Positions 59,508 to 64,000 of a stretch of DNA of 64,000 nt are shown in pieces. The translations under genes and the position numbers were made by a program. Position 1 is the first letter of the stretch; each line of letters starts with the position of its first letter. This DNA is from the human T2T-CHM13v2.0 reference genome, Homo sapiens. The notes under the pieces are model-generated. The model worked only from the letters and a program-made list of their open reading frames with translations, was not told where the DNA came from and searched no databases. The DNA lies in NCBI RefSeq assembly GCF_009914755.1, contig NC_060926.1. One strand, 5' to 3'.

Positions 59508-60717
59508 CTGCTGGTGTATTTACCAGTACTTGTCTATGGTTAATCAGTTAAATCAGCCCATTCATTCATGCAAGTCAGCCTGAGGGTGTGATCAACAACC
59601 TTCTATGAATAATTGATAGTCTCTTTTGCATGGCTACAAACTATATCCCATGTAAGAGAGATGCCCTTTCCAAATGCAAACCATAGTTCTCGTTATGTAA
59701 TCCTATAAAAGAAGTCAATGGGTCAGTGAGAATCTACCACTATCAATCTCCATATGCCTCCATGTTTGAATAATGATAGCCTATTCTCTATATGCTCAGC
59801 TGTGTCCATGCCATGAATCACAGAAAGTCTTGTTTAAGCAATCATGTGTAGGAGTTTCTTCTCCAATAGCAAATTGGATTTAGAAATAGGTGTATGGTTC
59901 CTCTCCATATTCAGACTGATGTACAGGAGATGTGGGGGAAATGCAGAGTAGAGAGCATGAAGAGATATGGAAACATGGATTTCAATCCCTGAGTATTAAA
60001 GTAAGCAATAAGTAGCAACCTCACTATCTACTCCTCAGCCCAGGTGATTCTCCATGCCTGAAAACTGAGCGCAGATCCCTCCAGTCAGGTAACAGAGGAT
60101 ATGCACCTTCTTATCTAGTTCCTTCTACCCTATTTTCCAGCCCCGCCAATCCACACCATGAGATTCACAAAATGAAACACTCATTCTAAGTCTAGTTTTA
60201 ATACTGAATATCAAACCTGACCTACCTCAATCAAAAATTGTCTTACCCCATTCCCCAACCCATCCTTCTTCCTTTGATCATTTCATCTTCTGGCTCCTTC
60301 CATGGGGTGCTAGCCTATCCACTTTGGTTTTACATTTCTTCCTCACAGCCAGCCACTTCTACTGTTCCATGTCTCTTTTTCTATTCCTTTCTCACTACAC
60401 TAAACTCACTTCCTTTTTCCTGTGCCCACCTTGTTGCTATGACAATCATTTATATTGGAAATAAATAGGTCAAAGTCCTTGAAGATTAGTTTTTTGCCTA
60501 CCCTTCCCTCAAACCTTACACATTCTATTCACTGTCTTTCCTTTTGCCATACTGAATAACTTGTGAGTTGCCTAAATTTGTCATGTTGTTTTTTAGTCTT
60601 TTGACTCTTTAAAAAGATACCCTTTCTTCCTATTATGACATTCTCTGCTTCTTCATACTTCTAAAAAGAAAACCTCAAGTCTCAACTCTCCTGGGAATTC
60701 ATATTTCAATATCCAGA

Positions 60718-60900
60718 CTGGTGGTTCTCAAACTTGGTCTCACATTGGAATCACTTAGAAAGCTTTAAAAATAATATTGGGTCCTGAGCCCCACCCTCTG
60801 AGATTCAGATTTAACTGGTATTGGGTAGCGCCTGGAGATAGAGATTTTAGCACCTCCCCAGGTGATTACAATGTGCGACCAAGATTGAGAACCACCACTG
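60718..60900. mobile_element. MER5A-type hAT MITE
   Basis: Inverted ends 'gtggttctcaa...ttgagaaccac'; 'ctccccaggtgatt'. Confidence 0.85.
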
Positions 60901-60989
60901 CCCTAAGTGATATGAATGCCCATCTTCTGTAACCTGTATCACTTTACTCGTCATTATCAGCACTTTTTACCTTGCACATTGAATTGTCT

Positions 60990-61394
60990 TGTAGCAGGAC
61001 AAGCTGCAGGCAAAACCCCTCAGACAATGGGTTAAAGAAGGAAGAGGCTTTATTCGGACAGGAGCATCAGCAGACTTGCATCTCAAGAACCAAGCTCCCC
61101 GAAGAAAGAGTTCCTGGCCCTTTTAAGGGCTTACAGCTCTAAGGGGTCCACGTGACAGGGTCGTGATAGATTGAGCAAGCATGGGGTGCATGACTAGGTG
61201 GGGGTGGTGAGCAAGGCAAGTATTTCTCCATACCATTGTCTGTGATCTATAGATAGCACAAGTGGTTAGGGTGGGGGTTAATCTTTAACCGACAGACCTG
61301 GCCAGTGGCGCTGATCAGTCTGTTATTTTTCAGTTTTTACTTCCTCCATTTCTTTGGAGACAGAGGACAGCAGAAGAAATGGCCACTCTCCTCA
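60990..61394 (-). mobile_element. ERV1-class solo LTR (LTR15/MER51-like)
   Basis: TG...CA ends, 4-bp TSD GTCT (60986-60989 and 61395-61398), AATAAA on - strand. Confidence 0.85.
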
Positions 61395-61458
61395 GTCTAT
61401 GTACCATATTTTATTAGGTTTTATACCCCAGTGCCTGCATTAGAAAATAAAGGAATCT

Positions 61459-61706
61459 GGGGTGGGGGAAGCGGGGAGGGATAGCATTAGGAGATATACC
61501 TAATGTTAAATGACGAGTTAATGGGTGCAGCACACCAACATGGCACATGTATACATATGTAACAAACCTGCATGTTGTGCACATGTACCCCAAAACTTGA
61601 AGTATAATTAAAAAAAAAAAAAGAAACACAAGTAAACCCAAGTGTTCATTTATAGATGAATGGGTAAACAAAATATGGTATATACACATAATGGAGTATT
61701 ATAAAA
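61459..61706 (+). mobile_element. Short L1PA4-like 3' end plus ~80 bp extra 3' sequence
   Basis: L1 3'UTR 61459-61622; 17-bp TSD AGAAAATAAAGGAATCT (61442-61458 and 61707-61723). Confidence 0.92.
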
Positions 61707-63524
61707 AGAAAATAAAGGAATCTTCAACACATGGCTTTTGATGAAATGAAGGAACAAAATTATTTCCTGTTTATACATGAATGTTGTTGCTGCTTAATGA
61801 GATAAAATACTGAAGTATCTTGAAAAAAGTCACATAAATTGAGAAGAAAGGAAATAGTACAGTTAGAGATAGGCACAGGATGCCAGGGCGATGACGTGAT
61901 GCTTAGAGCCAGGAAAAACTTGAAATGACACCAGAGCTATACCCAAAGAATCAGCAGATCTTTTACAAAAGTAACAAAATGAGATAACTGACAGCCACAC
62001 TCTCTCCCTTGTGTCCTAAAAGTGTCAACATAAATGAATATCTAGAACGGCTCTGGTACCTGCTGTTTCATAATGCTGATGATTTGATAACATGTCAGCA
62101 CTTTTCAACTTTATCTTCCCCATTTGATCTCAAATCACAAACTTTTTTTTTTAAGTAGTGGAATGTCCTTCATATTAATGAAACACCTGGACTCCTCTCA
62201 TTTTATCACCCACACTCCATCTTCTTACTCATTTGAAGGCAAACATGAGAAGATTAAAAAGGCAAAAAAAAAAAAATAGAAAAGCAAGTATAGTAAAATA
62301 AGCATGAGAATAAATCCTGATGAGCATTGAGAGACTGGATATAATACCTAACATTATTTTATTAGGACACTGTCCAATTAAGATATGTTTAACTTTGGGT
62401 AAAGAGTAAGTATAAATTCAATGATCAGATTGTTGGGGAACTTACACCACTTTTGCAAAAAAACAAACCAAGACAATCTGAATTTTAGGTTCATAGTTAG
62501 GTGTTATAATAATAAAATTTAGTTTTCATTAACTGTATGATGGCAATTATAATAAGAAACCAAAGCATTTGTAGTAAATATTATTTTCAAATTAAAGGAA
62601 AGGAAAAATTTGTAAGAAAAGCTGGCCCTACCATCAAAAGTACAATCCCCAAAGCTGTCGGTAAAAATTCAGAAGAATTATATGAGCTTTCAGAAGACCT
62701 GGAACTGAAACTGCTGATTTCTAAGATCCCTGTTTTATATGAGTATTGGTATATTAGAAAATTGGCCATGTTGAAAATAATGCTATTTATGGTAGGGCTT
62801 TAGGAAGCATGCTATCATTCTGAAGCTGAAAAAGAGGGAGGATTATTTTTCTCTATTTAGGTCAAAGTTGATTTGTTTTGCTCTTTTCTGTTTTGGTATA
62901 ATCAGGTATTGTTTTTGTTGTTGTTACTGTTTCTTTGGGCTTTTGAAAATAGTAGATGAAGACAGGTATATGAATTTGTGTTACTATTGCTGACTCTCTA
63001 GCAGGCAATTTCCACTTAGGAAAAGGAAATTATCTTGCCAAAGATAAATCCTTAGGATGGAAGCTTATTCTGATGCTTGAAATCACAAACAACAAATATT
63101 TACATGAACCATTAAGGTAATACAAAGGAGAAAAGGTGGCCACTAAGACAATAGGAAATGTTGGGAGCTGAAGACAATTGCCAATCTCGTCTCATATAAA
63201 GGAATTCAGATTTATTATTAATATTATCATTATAATCTTGTTGGCCGCCATGTGGATCCTACTTTAAATATTTTATATAAGATTCTTCCATAAAATAAAT
63301 AATTCTTATAATAAAATTGTTCAAAATAGCTCACAGGATAAACTTTTGTTTAGTCCTAAGCAAATTACATCTACTGGCAAAATTAGTTCCTCAGCTGAAA
63401 TAACTGAGCACACACAATTACACAAAATTTTTTTCTTGTTGCAACATGTTTTCTTAGATTTACCCATTATCTAATATACTTTTCAACTAGAAGGCAAGAA
63501 TGAAGAAAATTTAGAAACAGAAAT

Positions 63525-63740
63525 AAATATTTATCACATGCTAATATTTCTAGGCTGTATACTAAAATTATTTCATATATTAGCTCATTTAATCCTCACA
63601 ATGATTATAAAGTACATTTATTAATCTCAAGACACACAGGATAGAACTGAAAGTAAAGATGTAAAATGACTTACTTAAAAACCACACTAACAAATAATGA
63701 ATTTAGGACTGAAAGTGTTTTTCTCATCGTTTTTGTGTCT
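63525..63740 (-). mobile_element. MIR
   Basis: 'tagctcatttaatcctcacaa...aaaatgacttacttaaaaaccacac'. Confidence 0.65.
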
Positions 63741-64000
63741 TATCCAGTCTCTTTCTACAACATCACTTTAAAAAGCTATCCTTAATAAACTGTTGTAATT
63801 TTCATGATGACATTCACGTTGTTTGAAAAAGGTACATACATATATTCTAAACTTTATTGCCCAAAACAGTCTTCACTGGCATTGTTTTATTTGATAATTT
63901 CTGTGTGGAAACACTAACCAGTGAAATACTTTTACAATATATCAATAAACTTCATTTTTCAACTGCATTGACAGAAAGCAAGCCAACTTTAATCAAAAAT

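Noticed and set aside
62537-62803. 88-aa ORF outside recognised repeats
   Set aside because: No recognisable domain or convincing exon structure; length is compatible with chance

Overview
AT-rich, CpG-depleted primate (human-like) genomic DNA, largely made of transposable-element fossils. I can support no host protein-coding exon, RNA gene or CRISPR array, and I see no new biological system. Main elements: a complete THE1D MaLR provirus (6269-8585, -), a 3.7-kb old L1PA (10488-14245, +), Charlie1, a 3.2-kb L1PA4/5 nested in an L1MB, an L1PA2-type insertion with a 5' inversion and extra 3' sequence, a 2.4-kb L2, a near-complete HERV-L/MLT2A provirus with an RT deletion (30845-36730, -), and a full-length HERV-S (HERVL18/LTR18) provirus inserted inside an AluS (52685-59453, +). 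All the longer retroelement ORFs are broken. The signals a repeat annotation would not explain are a multi-template rearrangement scar at ~48970-49610, a 74-bp inverted templated insertion in HERV-S RNase H, two probable L1 3' transductions, two perfect hairpins/palindromes, and a possible degenerate dUTPase-like segment after the HERV-S integrase. Subfamily names come from recalled consensus sequences, not database searches, and boundaries of old elements are approximate.
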